DNA from: Prasinococcaceae sp. CCMP 1430
Taxonomy: Eukaryota > Plantae > Prasinodermophyta
Direction of reading: 5' to 3'
Assembly (NCBI GenBank): GCA_013416795.1
Contig: RQSC01000015.1
Coordinates: forward strand, 229,696 to 293,695
DNA: 64,000 bases
Positions 43,400 to 54,436 of this stretch are shown here, piece after piece (positions within the stretch are counted from its first letter, which is position 1; every line of letters begins with the position of its first letter). The position numbers and the translations under genes are program-made. The notes below the pieces were generated by a model. It searched no databases. It saw nothing but the letters and a program-made list of their open reading frames with translations, and was not told the DNA's origin.

Positions 43400-46102
43400 T
43401 CACCGCGAGCCGTGACGGATGAACGTGAGCGCCGCGAGCGCGAGGCACACGAACACGACCGTGAAGAGCGCCAGATACACCATGAGCAGCGCGAGCGTCT
43501 CTCCCTCCACGCCATAGTACTCGAGCACCGTCTGGCCGTCGATGACGACGAAGTCAGTGCCCTCGTACTGCTCGACAAGCCAGGACGTGAATGCAAAGCG
43601 CAGCGGGTTTATGAAGGTGTACCAGTACCAGCCTTGCGGGATTTGCGGTAGAGGAAGCAGAAAGCCTGCAAAGAAGAGGTTGAATGCCATATAGAGCGGA
43701 ACGAGCGCGTTGGCAAGCTCGAGCGCGGGCATGGCCGCAGCGGCGAGGTACGCGGCGCTGATGCTCATGATGAATGACAAGTAGTATATGAGCAAGAAGA
43801 CGCCAAAATTGCCGCGATCGCTAAAGCCGATCGACCAGAACACGATGGAGACGAAAGCGAGCGCGCCCACGATGGCAAAGCCGAACTCCTGAATGAGGTT
43901 GTAGGCTAAGTAAGTGGGTGTCCTGTAGAGGCCATCGGCGCGCTCCCGGTAGAATACCGGGCGCTCAAGGAAGAGCTGCGGCACGTATATGGCCGCGCTA
44001 AAGGCAGTGAGAGCCGTCAGCTGGAACAGCACCGCCACCGTGCTCTGGATGGACCCTGGATCTGTCCTCGCCGCCACACCCCAAAAGAGCGACATGGTGA
44101 CGAGGGCGTACACGATCTTGTCCATGAGCCGCGGGGCGATCCAGCGAGGGCTGCGCAAGTTGCGCAGGCCTCGGTAGCGCAAAAGCACAGCAATGGCGCG
44201 GAGCTGCGACGGCTGCTGCCGCTTGCTCGGATCTGTGCGCGTGCCCTCCGCGCTCGACCAATGGCCGCACCAAGGCCAGCCACTGGTCGATGGCCCGCCC
44301 GCCTGCCCCTCCTGGCCTGGGTCAGAGAGCGCACCCTCCACTATGCCCTCGAGGTCCGAATCATCAACAGGAGGCGGCGACTGGCCCTCCCTTGAACCAA
44401 GCAACGCGGATTCGTCGACGATGAGGTCTTGTTCCGCTGCGATCAAGCAGACGTCCCTGCGCACCTGCCTGCGCGCATCCGAGAGCATGTACAACGCGGC
44501 AAGATTGAGTCCACGGATCTCCGAGGGGATCCGCGCGCCAGGCAGCACCTTCGCGTGCGACCGCGCGTCACTTTCCAAGGCGGTGACCGGGGCGGTACGC
44601 GTCTCGTGTTCCGCATCGCCTGGGACACGCATCTCCTCGTCGACATTCGACTCCTCATCATCCACGGCATCGTCGCCTCCAGACTTCTCGCCGATGACAT
44701 CAGCCATCCACTCTGCTGTTGAGAGAGCGCCGGGGTCTGCGGGGAAGGGGTACCCCTGCGCCTCGAGGTAGCGGCGCACGCATGCACCACCCTCGCCGAG
44801 AGGGCCGAAGTACAGCACGCGGCCTCTGTCCCGATAGTCTGGAAGCTTGCTGTCTGAATCCTCGCTGGCTTCGGCGGTGCTAGCTCCGGCCGCCGTCTCC
44901 CTTGCGCCGGTGAAAACTTGCGCAGGGATTGCATTGACATCTCCGCCAGAGTTCCCGCCCAGGAGCATGAGCCTGTCGAACATACCGAACACTTTCGAGG
45001 TGGGCGCATGCACCGTCGCACACACAGCAACGCCGAGGGTCGAGGCGACGCTGTGCAGCGCCGCGGCCACATCAGCCGCTAACGGAGCGTCCAGTCCAGT
45101 GGTCGGTTCGTCGAGGAGAAGCACACGCGGCTCGGACACGAGGCTCAGACCTATGCTGAGCCTCTTCGCTTGGCCTCCAGATATCCCTTTCGTCAGCGGG
45201 TCGCCAACGTACACGTTCCGGCACGAGTGCAATCGCAAAGTGGCGATTACGCGCTCCACGGCGGCCCGTCGCGCGCGCTTGGTCTCTCGCACATCGCGCT
45301 TGAGCTCTGCTGTGTACAGCAGCGTCTCGGCGGGAGTGAGATTCGGCAGCAGCCGATCAAACTGCTCGACGTAGCCTACGTTCTCGGCCAGAAAACGCCT
45401 GGAGGGACGCTGCAGTCCGCCTCTGCTCGCGGCGCCGGCGACGACGCCCTCATCACCTCCCTGCCCGCTGTGAGCGTCGGCCGGGTCGACACCGCCGCCC
45501 CCGCCGTACAGCAGCAAGCCGTCGACTTTCCCGGCGGTGGCCCTCCCAGAGAGGACGTCCAGCAATGTCGTCTTGCCGCATCCCGACGCGCCCATCACCG
45601 CGCTCACCTCGCCTGCTCGGATGTAGCCCGTGATTCCACGGAGGATCTCAAAGCGACCGACGCCAGCAGTTTCCTGCTCGGTCGCGGTCGTGTGCGAGGC
45701 ATGCTGGCAGGCGTGGCCTTTCTCCTCGTCGCCCGCGTTCCGCCCCCCAATGTCGGACTCGCTTCTATCCGCGGCCGCGGCGCTGCTACCAGCAACGCCG
45801 ACGTGATCAGACGCATTGCCGCGGCGCCTCGCGGCGGACCTGCGCCATCCAGCGAAAAGGCGTGCGCACCCGCGCCCCCTCCCCGCCCCCTCCAGCCGTC
45901 GGTCGCGCACAGTGTATCTCAGTCCCACAAATACCACGTCAACAGCTAGCTGTCCACGCGCAGCGGTGGCGGCCGGGCGATGTTGCATGCCAGACGTCAC
46001 ATCGGCCGACGAGTCGGCTCGGACGGACCGCTCGCCGCCGCTGCGGTCGTCGGGGGCGGTCTCGCCGCCGCCGCCATCGCCGTCGCCACCATTCTCAGTC
46101 AT
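43400..46102 (-). CDS. ABCG (White-family) half transporter, about 900 aa, intronless
   Basis: NBD before TMD. Walker A GASGCGKTT, Q-loop GYVEQ, signature ISGGQ, Walker B LLLDEP, H-loop TVH, then an ABC2 membrane domain with FYRERADGLY. Confidence 0.92.
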   Translation of the reverse strand: MTENGGDGDGGGGETAPDDRSGGERSVRADSSADVTSGMQHRPAATAARGQLAVDVVFVGLRYTVRDRRLEGAGRGRGCARLFAGWRRSAARRRGNASDHVGVAGSSAAAADRSESDIGGRNAGDEEKGHACQHASHTTATEQETAGVGRFEILRGITGYIRAGEVSAVMGASGCGKTTLLDVLSGRATAGKVDGLLLYGGGGGVDPADAHSGQGGDEGVVAGAASRGGLQRPSRRFLAENVGYVEQFDRLLPNLTPAETLLYTAELKRDVRETKRARRAAVERVIATLRLHSCRNVYVGDPLTKGISGGQAKRLSIGLSLVSEPRVLLLDEPTTGLDAPLAADVAAALHSVASTLGVAVCATVHAPTSKVFGMFDRLMLLGGNSGGDVNAIPAQVFTGARETAAGASTAEASEDSDSKLPDYRDRGRVLYFGPLGEGGACVRRYLEAQGYPFPADPGALSTAEWMADVIGEKSGGDDAVDDEESNVDEEMRVPGDAEHETRTAPVTALESDARSHAKVLPGARIPSEIRGLNLAALYMLSDARRQVRRDVCLIAAEQDLIVDESALLGSREGQSPPPVDDSDLEGIVEGALSDPGQEGQAGGPSTSGWPWCGHWSSAEGTRTDPSKRQQPSQLRAIAVLLRYRGLRNLRSPRWIAPRLMDKIVYALVTMSLFWGVAARTDPGSIQSTVAVLFQLTALTAFSAAIYVPQLFLERPVFYRERADGLYRTPTYLAYNLIQEFGFAIVGALAFVSIVFWSIGFSDRGNFGVFLLIYYLSFIMSISAAYLAAAAMPALELANALVPLYMAFNLFFAGFLLPLPQIPQGWYWYTFINPLRFAFTSWLVEQYEGTDFVVIDGQTVLEYYGVEGETLALLMVYLALFTVVFVCLALAALTFIRHGSR

Positions 46103-46373
46103 CTGGACGCCTCTGCCCTCCTCCACCCTTTCGCCACGGTTGCCGCCAGAGCGAGCGCGCTCAACCCATCCCTCGGCGCGGAAATGACTGCCCCTGCTCC
46201 CGAAGCTGCTGGTCCTGCTGTCAGCCCCACCAACAGCCCCCTCGCCGCCGCCTCCTCCTCCGCCGCCCGCAGCGCGAGCCTGCTGGACCTGGCGGCCTCC
46301 TTCCCCTTCCCCCCCCGCGGCCGGCGCGCCGCTGCCCCCGTTCGCTCCCCGCTGCCCCCCCAGGCGCGCGCCC

Positions 46374-47012
46374 ATGGCCGCCGCCGTGCGCAGGGGCGGA
46401 GCNGCCTACATCGTCTTCGATCCGCGTGCCCTCGGCCTCGCAGGCGCCGATTCGCTGGTGCCGGACGGCGTGCCTGCTCATATGATCGCACTCCCTGGAC
46501 CATTTGCTGACGCCTACAAACTCCCATGTGAAGTGAAGGTGACAGGCGACGCCGGCGCCACTTCAGGATCTGCGGACTTCGATGCCGCACGTGAGCTGGT
46601 GGCGTCGCTCGTGCTCTTCTCGGGCAGCGCGCGCGAGGCGCTCGAATCGCTGCAGAGCGCGCGCGATACCGCGGTTGACGGCGCCGTGGGCAGTATGTCC
46701 TCGCTCGACGTGTCCATCATCAGCGCGCTCCATGTCGACGTTGCTCCGAGGGCCTTCAAGGAGGCCCTCGGGCGCGCCGCTGGCCACTCGGAGGCGATGG
46801 CACAGATCGCAATTGCGCGCGACACCTGCTCATCGTGCGAAGGGGCCTCGGGCTGGCTGGCTGCGGGTGCGGGCGAGGCGCCGCATCTGGTAGGGGAGCT
46901 CCCCCTGCCGCGGCGCTCGCGGCCGCGCGAGCGGCCGCTGCGGCGAGGGCGGCGGGCGGCGCAGAGCAGGCACGGCCGGGGCAGCAGGAACAGCAGGCTA
47001 TGGAGGAGCTGA
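46374..47012 (+). CDS. Unknown ORF, either a separate gene or the N-terminal exon of TMEM237
   Basis: ATG 46374 is divergent from ABCG, the codon pattern is coding-like, and there is an N at 46403. Its stop overlaps the TMEM237 frame. Confidence 0.45.
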   Translation: MAAAVRRGGXAYIVFDPRALGLAGADSLVPDGVPAHMIALPGPFADAYKLPCEVKVTGDAGATSGSADFDAARELVASLVLFSGSAREALESLQSARDTAVDGAVGSMSSLDVSIISALHVDVAPRAFKEALGRAAGHSEAMAQIAIARDTCSSCEGASGWLAAGAGEAPHLVGELPLPRRSRPRERPLRRGRRAAQSRHGRGSRNSRLWRS

Positions 47013-48067
47013 ACCCGTACGCGGCGGCGGCCGCCGCCATCGTTGGACCGCCCAAGGCGCGCGCGGGTGGCGACGAAGAAATGGCTGCTGCGGCGGCGGC
47101 CGGGGGAGACGCTGCTGCGTCTGCGTCGGGCGCGGAGGAGGCAGACGCGGATGGAGCAGCCGAGCCTGACGCCAGCAACACCACCTTGGGTGCTGACCAC
47201 GTAGAGGTGCGCGCACGAGCACGAAAACATGCGCGCGCCGCACGCTCGCGATGCGCGCTCGCTCCTGCGCGCCTGCTGTCGGATGCCTGTGCGTGTCTCT
47301 GACAAGGGCCTTCCCGCCCCCCGATTCTACCGTCACATGCCCGACCCGTTCGGCCTCCCTCTCCCGCACTCCTTCCCCAGGGCGTCGCCTTGGCGCATAA
47401 GATCCACCTGACGTTCGAGCAGCAGGCCCTCGGCGGCCGCTTCTACCGTGTGGGGCGAGAACGACAGGCACGCCGCGAGGCAGCGCGCGCCGCCAAGGCC
47501 GCCGAGGACGCGCCCATGCCCAAGGGCGGCGGCCTGAGCTGGCTGTCTGATGTGGTGACCAATGTGAGCCGCCTGAGTGCCACCTTCACGCGCTTTGCGC
47601 AGGGTCTGTTGGGTGGCTTCGCGCTTCTCAACCTGTACATGACCTACGCGTTCACAGGCGGCAGCGGAGACAGGTGGCTGGCGTTTTACTCGCCGCTGGC
47701 GAGCAGCAGCTCCACCACCTTCCACGTGCTGGGCACTGTTGCGCTGCTTGGAACGCTCGACCGCTACTTCCGCGAGCGCGCAGCGGGCTGGCCGCGCGGC
47801 CTCGCGCAGGCCAACAGCGTTCGCCTCATGGTCGGACTCTACGCCATGGCCTTCGTGCTGACGCTGGTGTGCAGCCACTTCGAGGAGGTCCTCTTCTACA
47901 CCAACGAACGCGTGCCCGGCTGGTGGGAGCTGTATCCGCAGACGAAGTCTTTCAAGTCGCGCAAGACCACCTACCTCACGCTCAACTTCTTCAGGGTGTT
48001 GCTCCACGGGCTGGGATGGCTGGTGGTAAACGCGTCGGATCCGCACCTCGTGCGACTGACGCACTGA
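47000..48067 (+). CDS. TMEM237: TMEM237-like ciliary transition-zone protein; exons (at least) 47000-47206 and 47381-48067
   Basis: Four-TM C-terminal domain FAQGLLGGFALLNL...YSPLA...VALLGTLDR...LYAMAFVLTL...LNFFRVLLHGLGWLV resembles TMEM237. 174-nt GT-AG intron at 47207-47380. Confidence 0.7.
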
Positions 48068-48193
48068 GGTCCCGTGGGGTACACACGCAGCGGCGCAACA
48101 CGAAAGTTGCAGCGACAGCGCTCCTCCCCGCCAAGGCATGTAGTAAGAAACGCCGCGGGCGCTCCTGCACCCCGACAAGTCAATGGTAGTCTC

Positions 48194-51100
48194 TTAATAG
48201 CCTACCTCATTAACCAATGCAGCATACGCGTGATCGACCTCCTTGGGCCTAGCGGCAGCCCCCGCGGCCTTCGCCTTGCGCTTGGGCGGCTCCACCTTGA
48301 GCTTCGCGCAGAGGGAGTCGCGCGTGGAGCGCACCGCCTCGACCTCACCATCCCAGCGCGTGTCGCCCAACATGTCCACAGCTTCGTCAAGGTCGCCTTC
48401 CTCAACACCGAGGTCGACAGGTTCCACGCACAGCAGACGCGAGTAGAGCTGCTCGGCGGTGTGACGGCGCACGCGAGGGAAGCGGTTGACAAGCAGGGCC
48501 GAGAGCTGTCGGAACGCCTGGCGCGACGCTGCGAGCTCGTCGGGCGCCGGCGCCTCTGCGCCCTTGGTCGCCGCACGGTGGCCAACCAGGGCGCAGAGCA
48601 CCGTCACGGCCGCCATGAGCTTGGGCACATCGCGCGTTCCTGTGCACTCGGCCTTCACCGCCGCGGCCACGCGCGCTGACCAGGCCGCGTCGGCGCCCGC
48701 GGGCGAGGCCGCGTGCAGCGCACCCTTCGCCAGCAGCCCCTCCACAGCCCGCATGGCTGCCGCCGCACTCTTGGCCGGGCCGCCGCCGCGCTCGAGAATC
48801 GCGGCGCATTCGTGTGCCACAGCCGAGCGCAGATCGTCACCGGCGCCAAGCATCTGCTCGGCGAGCGTTGCGCGTGCAGCCGAACCCAGGCTGTCGCCTG
48901 CGCCGCCGGCACTCGCCAGCACGCCCTCGAGCAGCATGGGTCGGAGCGCATCCACCGCTAGGACACGCGTGATGGCCGGGAAGGCGGCCGCTGGGGCCGA
49001 CCATTGGACGCCCTCGCCGCGTTCGGGGAGGAGCTCGAGCAGCTTGGCGGCGACAGCGGCTGCGTCACACACGCGCTGGTTTCCCGCGTGCGAGGCGAGG
49101 GCAACCGCGAGCGCCACGAGACGCTCCGCGGCAGAGGCACGAAGTCGGTCGATGCGCCCCGCCGCCTGCCTTGCGAGAGACCCCAGGCATCGCAGCGCGA
49201 GCTCGTCCGAAAGCTCGTTGGCGCGCAGCAGCTGCTGTGCGAGGCTCTCAAGTGACACGAGCGCCGCCTGACGCACCCAGCTGCCGACGTCGCCACGATT
49301 GTCGATGGAGTAGTCCTCCATGGCAACAAGCAAGTCATCCATCAGCGCGCACGCACTGGCCGTCAGCGAAGGGAGCGCGGCGGCCAGCGTTGCTGCTGAT
49401 CTAGCAGCCGCTGCGCGCGATTCGGCGTCGCGTTCATCGGCATCCTCCTCCAGGTGGCAGGCGGCGCCAACCGTGTGCAGCACGAGCTCGCCGCACACGG
49501 CCAGCAGCTCCGCGGGCAGAGCCGACAGGGCGAGCGCGCCGCCGCGCCGGGCGGCCACGTTCTGCTCCTTTACCATGCCCACGAACTTCTCGGCGATCTC
49601 CCTGCCTGCCTGTAGTTTGATTGCGCGGCTGTCGTCCAGCAGGCGTCGCTCGCAGAAGGTCGGCAGCGAGGCCGCTGCCGCGGCGCGCACGTCTGCGCTC
49701 GGGTGGCGCAGCGCTTCGTCGAGCGTCGACAGGTGCCCCTCGAAGGAGCGCTTGCTGAGGCCGAGCCTTGCGTTGGCAGACCCCCCGATCAGGCTGCACA
49801 CGGCTGCGCGCATGAGCTCGCCGCCCTTGCCACGGTACAAGCGCGCCTGGACGCACACGAGTGCGCACGCGGCGGGCAGAGCGCAGAGAAAGGGGTCAGC
49901 ATGCAGCACCGCCGAGGTCTCTGCCAACATGGGGGGTGAACACGGTCGAGACACGCAGCGACGGAACGCCTGCGCGCCTCACCTTCTCGATGTCGAGCAC
50001 CAAGTTCGCCGCCTGCGTGCTGACCTCCGCCGGCAACGTCGCTCCCGCTTCTGCAAGCGCCGGCAGCAACTCCGCAACGCCGAGCACCGCGCCGTGCCTC
50101 TCTGTGATCTCTCGTGAGAGTGCCCGCCCGCACAGCTCGGGCAGCGCCGTATCGATCGCCCACTCGGTATCGAGCCTGGCGATCCTCGCAAGGCAGGCGC
50201 TACCCAACGTGCGTGTGGCGGGTTCCCAATGTGGCAGCGTCACACGCAGCGCGTGCTCGAGGAGCGCCCGGCGGTACGGCTCGTGCGCCGCCGCAGCGAG
50301 CGCCACCTCGAGGTACGCCGACTGCCTCTGCCCCACCGCAAAGTAGTCCACCGCACGCACCAGCTCGAGCCCATGCGGCACGTTGCGGAGGCGCCCAACG
50401 CACTCCTGAAACGCCGCGGCCGCCGCGCGGCGGCAGTGCAGCTCGCGGTCCAGACACGCCGCCACAATGAGGGGCGGTGCGAGCGCGTTGATGTGCGCCG
50501 CCATCACCTCGGGCGCGTAGGCTCGCGCGAAGGCCCAGCAGCAGTACGCCGCCGCATCGCGCACGTGCGATCCCACGGAGTGCGCACCCCTTCGGACGTC
50601 GTACACAAGCGCCGCGCCTACCAGAGGCACGGCCTCGGGCAGGCGCGCGGGCAGCAGCAGGCCGCGGCGCGCGAGCTCGGCGACGGCCAGGCACGCGCCG
50701 TGCCAGGCGCCGTCGCCCTCGACGGCACACAGCAGCTCCAGCACCGAACCCACGACATCGTCGGCCAGGCTGGATGGCAGCCGCCCAGTGATGCGGCCGA
50801 GGCCCTTGGCTGCGCTCCACCGGACGACGGTGTCCTTGTCGCGCAGCGAAGACAGCAGCGCCTCGATTACGTCCTCGAGGACCTCACCCGCCACCTCGTC
50901 CATCTCGAAGTCCTCGTCGTCGTCATTGCACTCGGCGTCGGCAGCGTCGGCGAGCGCAGCCGAAGCGGCGCCCACCTCGCCAGCCTCTGGTGCCGACGCC
51001 AGGTTCGCCTCGAGCGAGCGGCAGCCGCGCTGGTAGCGCCACGGCGCGACTGTGGGGGCGAGCGCGACGAGCGCGACCCGCTGTGCGAGCTTGGTGGCGA

Positions 51101-51659
51101 GCAGCCGGGCCAACGAGCCGCCGCTGGCTCCAGCGCCACTGGCGAGCGCCGCCGCCGCAGCCCACGCGCCGTTCGCGTACGGCAGCAGCGCCTCGCGTCG
51201 CCCCGACTTGAAGACGCACGCGAGCGCGCGCGCGGCGCCGCACAGCAAGAAGGCGGCCTGCGGCGTCGCCGGCGGCGCGCGCGCGCACTCCTCCAGACGC
51301 TCGCGTGCCCAGCCCACGAAATCGGCCAGCGCCGCGTCCGAGCCCGGGCGCGTGAGCAGCTTGCCGAGCAGCGCGGCGCTCACGTCGCGCGCCCAGCCGC
51401 TGTCCGCGAGGTACTCCTTGCAGCGCGCCACGATGGCCAGCACGACGGGCGACGTGCCGCACCCCTGGGCGGCCCTGTCGATGTCCTCCCGCACGCCTAG
51501 CACCTTGGAGTCGACCACCGCCAGGTCGAACGGGATGAGGACGAGGATGGAGAGCCAGAGGAGTAGCACGCAGCGCGTCTCCCACAGACCGCCCGTGCCC
51601 ACGCCCGAGTCGCCGTCGCCCTCGGCGGCCGCCGCGGCGAGCGCGGCGCTGCGCGACAT
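48194..51659 (-). CDS. TBCD: Tubulin-folding cofactor D; exons 51659-49983 and 49846-48194; N-terminus appears short
   Basis: WETRCVLLLWLSILVLIPFD, DKDTVVRWSAAKGLGR, AWHGACLAVAELARRGLL, HVRDAAAYCCWAFARAY, DRELHCRRAAAAAFQECVGR, DYSIDNRGDVGSWVR and YAALVNEVGY. 136-nt intron at 49847-49982. Confidence 0.92.
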
Positions 51660-52062
51660 GTACCTCGAGCTTGAGCGCGCCGAGGCGGGCGCCGAGGCGA
51701 GGGAGATCGCATGCGTTGCCGCTGCGACGAACGCCGCGCAGGCAGCTGCGTGTACCGCCGAGTATCTGGACGCCGCCGACGCCGTGGAGGGCGCGCGCCT
51801 CGCTGCCGCTGCCGCTGGCGCGTCCACCGGCGGCGAACGCGCAGCGGCAAACGCGGCCGTCATGGAGGTCAACAAGGCCGCGCGCGCGCGCGTGGCCGCC
51901 GCGCAGGAGCGCGAGCTCGCGTGCATCGAGCACGGAGGCGGCGCGGAGTGTACGGTGGCCTTTCTGGCCGACGCGGACGCCGCGGAGGCCGACGCCCGCG
52001 ACGCCGTGCGCCGGTATCGGAACATACTCCGGCGATGGGTGTCAGTGCACGGAAGTCCGTAG
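51658..52062 (+). CDS. Unknown Ala/Glu-rich helical ORF (134 aa from ATG 51658), head-to-head with TBCD
   Basis: Strong GNN codon pattern, stop TAG at 52060-52062 and TGTAA at 52083. May be only the 3' part of a gene. Confidence 0.55.
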   Translation: MYLELERAEAGAEAREIACVAAATNAAQAAACTAEYLDAADAVEGARLAAAAAGASTGGERAAANAAVMEVNKAARARVAAAQERELACIEHGGGAECTVAFLADADAAEADARDAVRRYRNILRRWVSVHGSP

Positions 52063-52089
52063 CGACGCACTCCACGATGATTTGTAAGA

Positions 52090-54051
52090 TTACCGCCGCT
52101 TGCGGACAGTTTCGCCCTCAGACGGGCGCCCTCTGCTATCCTGCGGCGTATCCACATCCGCGGCGCCTGCGTCGCCTCCCCCCTCGAGCGCGGCTTGCCC
52201 TGATGCTTGCGGCCCCACCTCCACGTAGCCGAACTCGTTCACGCGCTTTTTGTCCACGCCGTACAAGTACCATTGCACGAGGAAGACCAGGAAGACAGCG
52301 TCGTCGCGGAACACCGAGAGCCTGTGCAGCGGCGGCATCTTGATGCAGAAGGCGAAGAGGTCATCGATGATGGTGTTGAAAAACTTGTACGAAAGCTGTT
52401 TCCATGGAAGATGAGCGACGGAGCGCAGCTTGTAATTGATGTAGAGCTGCGGCACCATGTGCGTGAACCCGAGCGCGTATATTCCGCGCACGAGCGCCGT
52501 GAGCACCCAGCTCCACCAGGACGCAAACTTGGAATAGATCAACGACTGCACGGCGAATCCCGCCACCATCGGATAGAGGAAGGTGCCGCAGTATGCGGCG
52601 GCGACGCGGTCGTGCGTCATGGTCTCGTCGTGGACGTAGCCTTCGCGATGGGCGAGGCGCACCCACGGCACGTGCAGCGCACCACCGAGCAGCGCGCGAG
52701 AGCAGAAGCGCACGTGGACGGCCTTGGTGACCTTCCACGCGTCGATGATCAGCCCGAGCCCATTGGACATGAGCACCATCCAGGACGTGTCATTGTCGAG
52801 AAGGTATAGAAAAATGATGCCGTTGCATGCCGCAGACGAGACCACGCTCCTGACAGACAGCCCACGCAGGCTGCGCCTCTTGCGCCAAAAGCTCACGTCC
52901 GCCGTGAACGCAAGCATGTCGAAGAGCGAGTGCAGCAGCGAGACCGTCATGGTGACCGCCAGCAGGTACGGATTGGTCTCGACGAACAGACGCTTGAAGG
53001 TGTCCTCCTCGCCCTCTCGCATGGTGCCCATGGCCTGCTGCATCTTCCAGCTCTCCTCCATCTGCACCTCGAGCTGCCACCACCAGTTGCTCGTGAGCTG
53101 GAGCCTCACCTGCGTCGGCAGCTCCTCTGTGGACGCGTTAATCTCGATGAGATGGTCGCGCAGCACCCAGAAGTCGGCCACCTCGGCCACGGGGAAGTAC
53201 TCCCCCAGCTCGTTTGGGCCCGGCACTGGCCGCACGCGCTTGGCCACCGCGGGCGCCATCGAGCGCAGCGGCTCGGCCATGCCGTGCACGAGCGCCAGCG
53301 TCAGGTTGGGCCGCCAGTGGGACACCAGCGCGTCCTCGGAGCCGTCAGCCACCACCTCGGCGGGTGCTCCCTCGTCAACCTCTCCTCCACCCTCCTCCTC
53401 ACCACCCCCACCACCCAGCAACGACTTGGTCCCGCGCGCTCGCCTCCGCCGCACGCGCCGCGTGAGCTCGGCGCGCACCCGGAATGCCTCGTCCGCCTCG
53501 AAGCGGCCGGCGCCGGTGGCGCCGGCGGCAGTGTGTGGCGACCCGCTCGTGCGCGATACGAATGCGTGCAGGTACAGCGTCGCGTTGCGCAGGCGCACGG
53601 CGTCCGATGGGCGGTACGTCCACTGCGCGGCGTACTCTGTGTCCGTAGCGGGCGCGACGCCTGTGGCGTCCTCATCGAGGGCGTCGCGCAGCGCGCCCAG
53701 CGAGAGAGCTCCCGCCGCACGGGGGGGCGCCTCGAGCGCCACGTCACGGAAGCTCGCAACGCGCTCGCCTCGTGTCGCGTCGTCGTCCTCCCACGGCGCG
53801 AAGCTCTCCTCCTCGCTCGCCCACAGCTCGACGTCGACGTGTGTGCCGGGCTCAAAGACGCACGCGCCTCGTTGCACCACACGCGCAGGCACGTCATTGC
53901 CTCCGGGCGGCGGCCCGAGCGCACCGCGGATGATTGCGTTCAACCCCAGCCACATGACACCGTAGCGTACGAGCGTGCCGACGCTGTAGCCGCCACCCCC
54001 GCCGCCCTCGCCACTGCCAGCCGCAATTGGCCGGGCTGCTGGGTCGGCCAT
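52090..54051 (-). CDS. CLPTM1: CLPTM1-family ER membrane protein, 653 aa
   Basis: HWRPNLTL, ETNPYLLAVT..VSLLHSLFDMLAF..DVSFW, PQLYINYKLRSVAHLPWK...KFFNTIIDDLFAF.IKMP.LHRLSVFRDD and VDKKRVNEFG. Confidence 0.93.
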   Translation of the reverse strand: MADPAARPIAAGSGEGGGGGGYSVGTLVRYGVMWLGLNAIIRGALGPPPGGNDVPARVVQRGACVFEPGTHVDVELWASEEESFAPWEDDDATRGERVASFRDVALEAPPRAAGALSLGALRDALDEDATGVAPATDTEYAAQWTYRPSDAVRLRNATLYLHAFVSRTSGSPHTAAGATGAGRFEADEAFRVRAELTRRVRRRRARGTKSLLGGGGGEEEGGGEVDEGAPAEVVADGSEDALVSHWRPNLTLALVHGMAEPLRSMAPAVAKRVRPVPGPNELGEYFPVAEVADFWVLRDHLIEINASTEELPTQVRLQLTSNWWWQLEVQMEESWKMQQAMGTMREGEEDTFKRLFVETNPYLLAVTMTVSLLHSLFDMLAFTADVSFWRKRRSLRGLSVRSVVSSAACNGIIFLYLLDNDTSWMVLMSNGLGLIIDAWKVTKAVHVRFCSRALLGGALHVPWVRLAHREGYVHDETMTHDRVAAAYCGTFLYPMVAGFAVQSLIYSKFASWWSWVLTALVRGIYALGFTHMVPQLYINYKLRSVAHLPWKQLSYKFFNTIIDDLFAFCIKMPPLHRLSVFRDDAVFLVFLVQWYLYGVDKKRVNEFGYVEVGPQASGQAALEGGGDAGAADVDTPQDSRGRPSEGETVRKRR

Positions 54052-54436
54052 GGCGCACGAGCGCGCGCCAAGCGCACGGTGTGACACGCACACGCACACA
54101 TATGGGAACGCCACACACACGCGCCACTGTGCGCGCGCGGCGTCTCGCCCCCCCCCCACACACACACCCCACCCTCCCACCCTCCCCCCTCTCCGGGCGT
54201 CGGGAGAGGAGGGCACGCGTCTTGGCAGGCAGAACGCCTGCGAGGATCAACGCGCCGCCCGAGGACGCAGCGCGTCGCGGCGCGACGGGACGGGGTGGGG
54301 CGCAGCGCTGGGCGGGGCGGGGCGGCACAGGGGGCGTCCAACCGCGTCCGCCATGGGGCGAGGCAGGCGCGCCACCCACGGCAACAGCCGCGCCGGCTGC
54401 GGCGGCACGCGGCAGCGTGCACCGGCTCTCGCCACG

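Noticed and set aside
54049-54052. Opposite-strand ATGs sharing one CATG at the CLPTM1 start (also at COG1, 3688-3691)
   Set aside because: The start context GCCATGGC is self-complementary, so an antisense ATG appears automatically. The plus-strand gene more plausibly starts at 54437, at its signal peptide.
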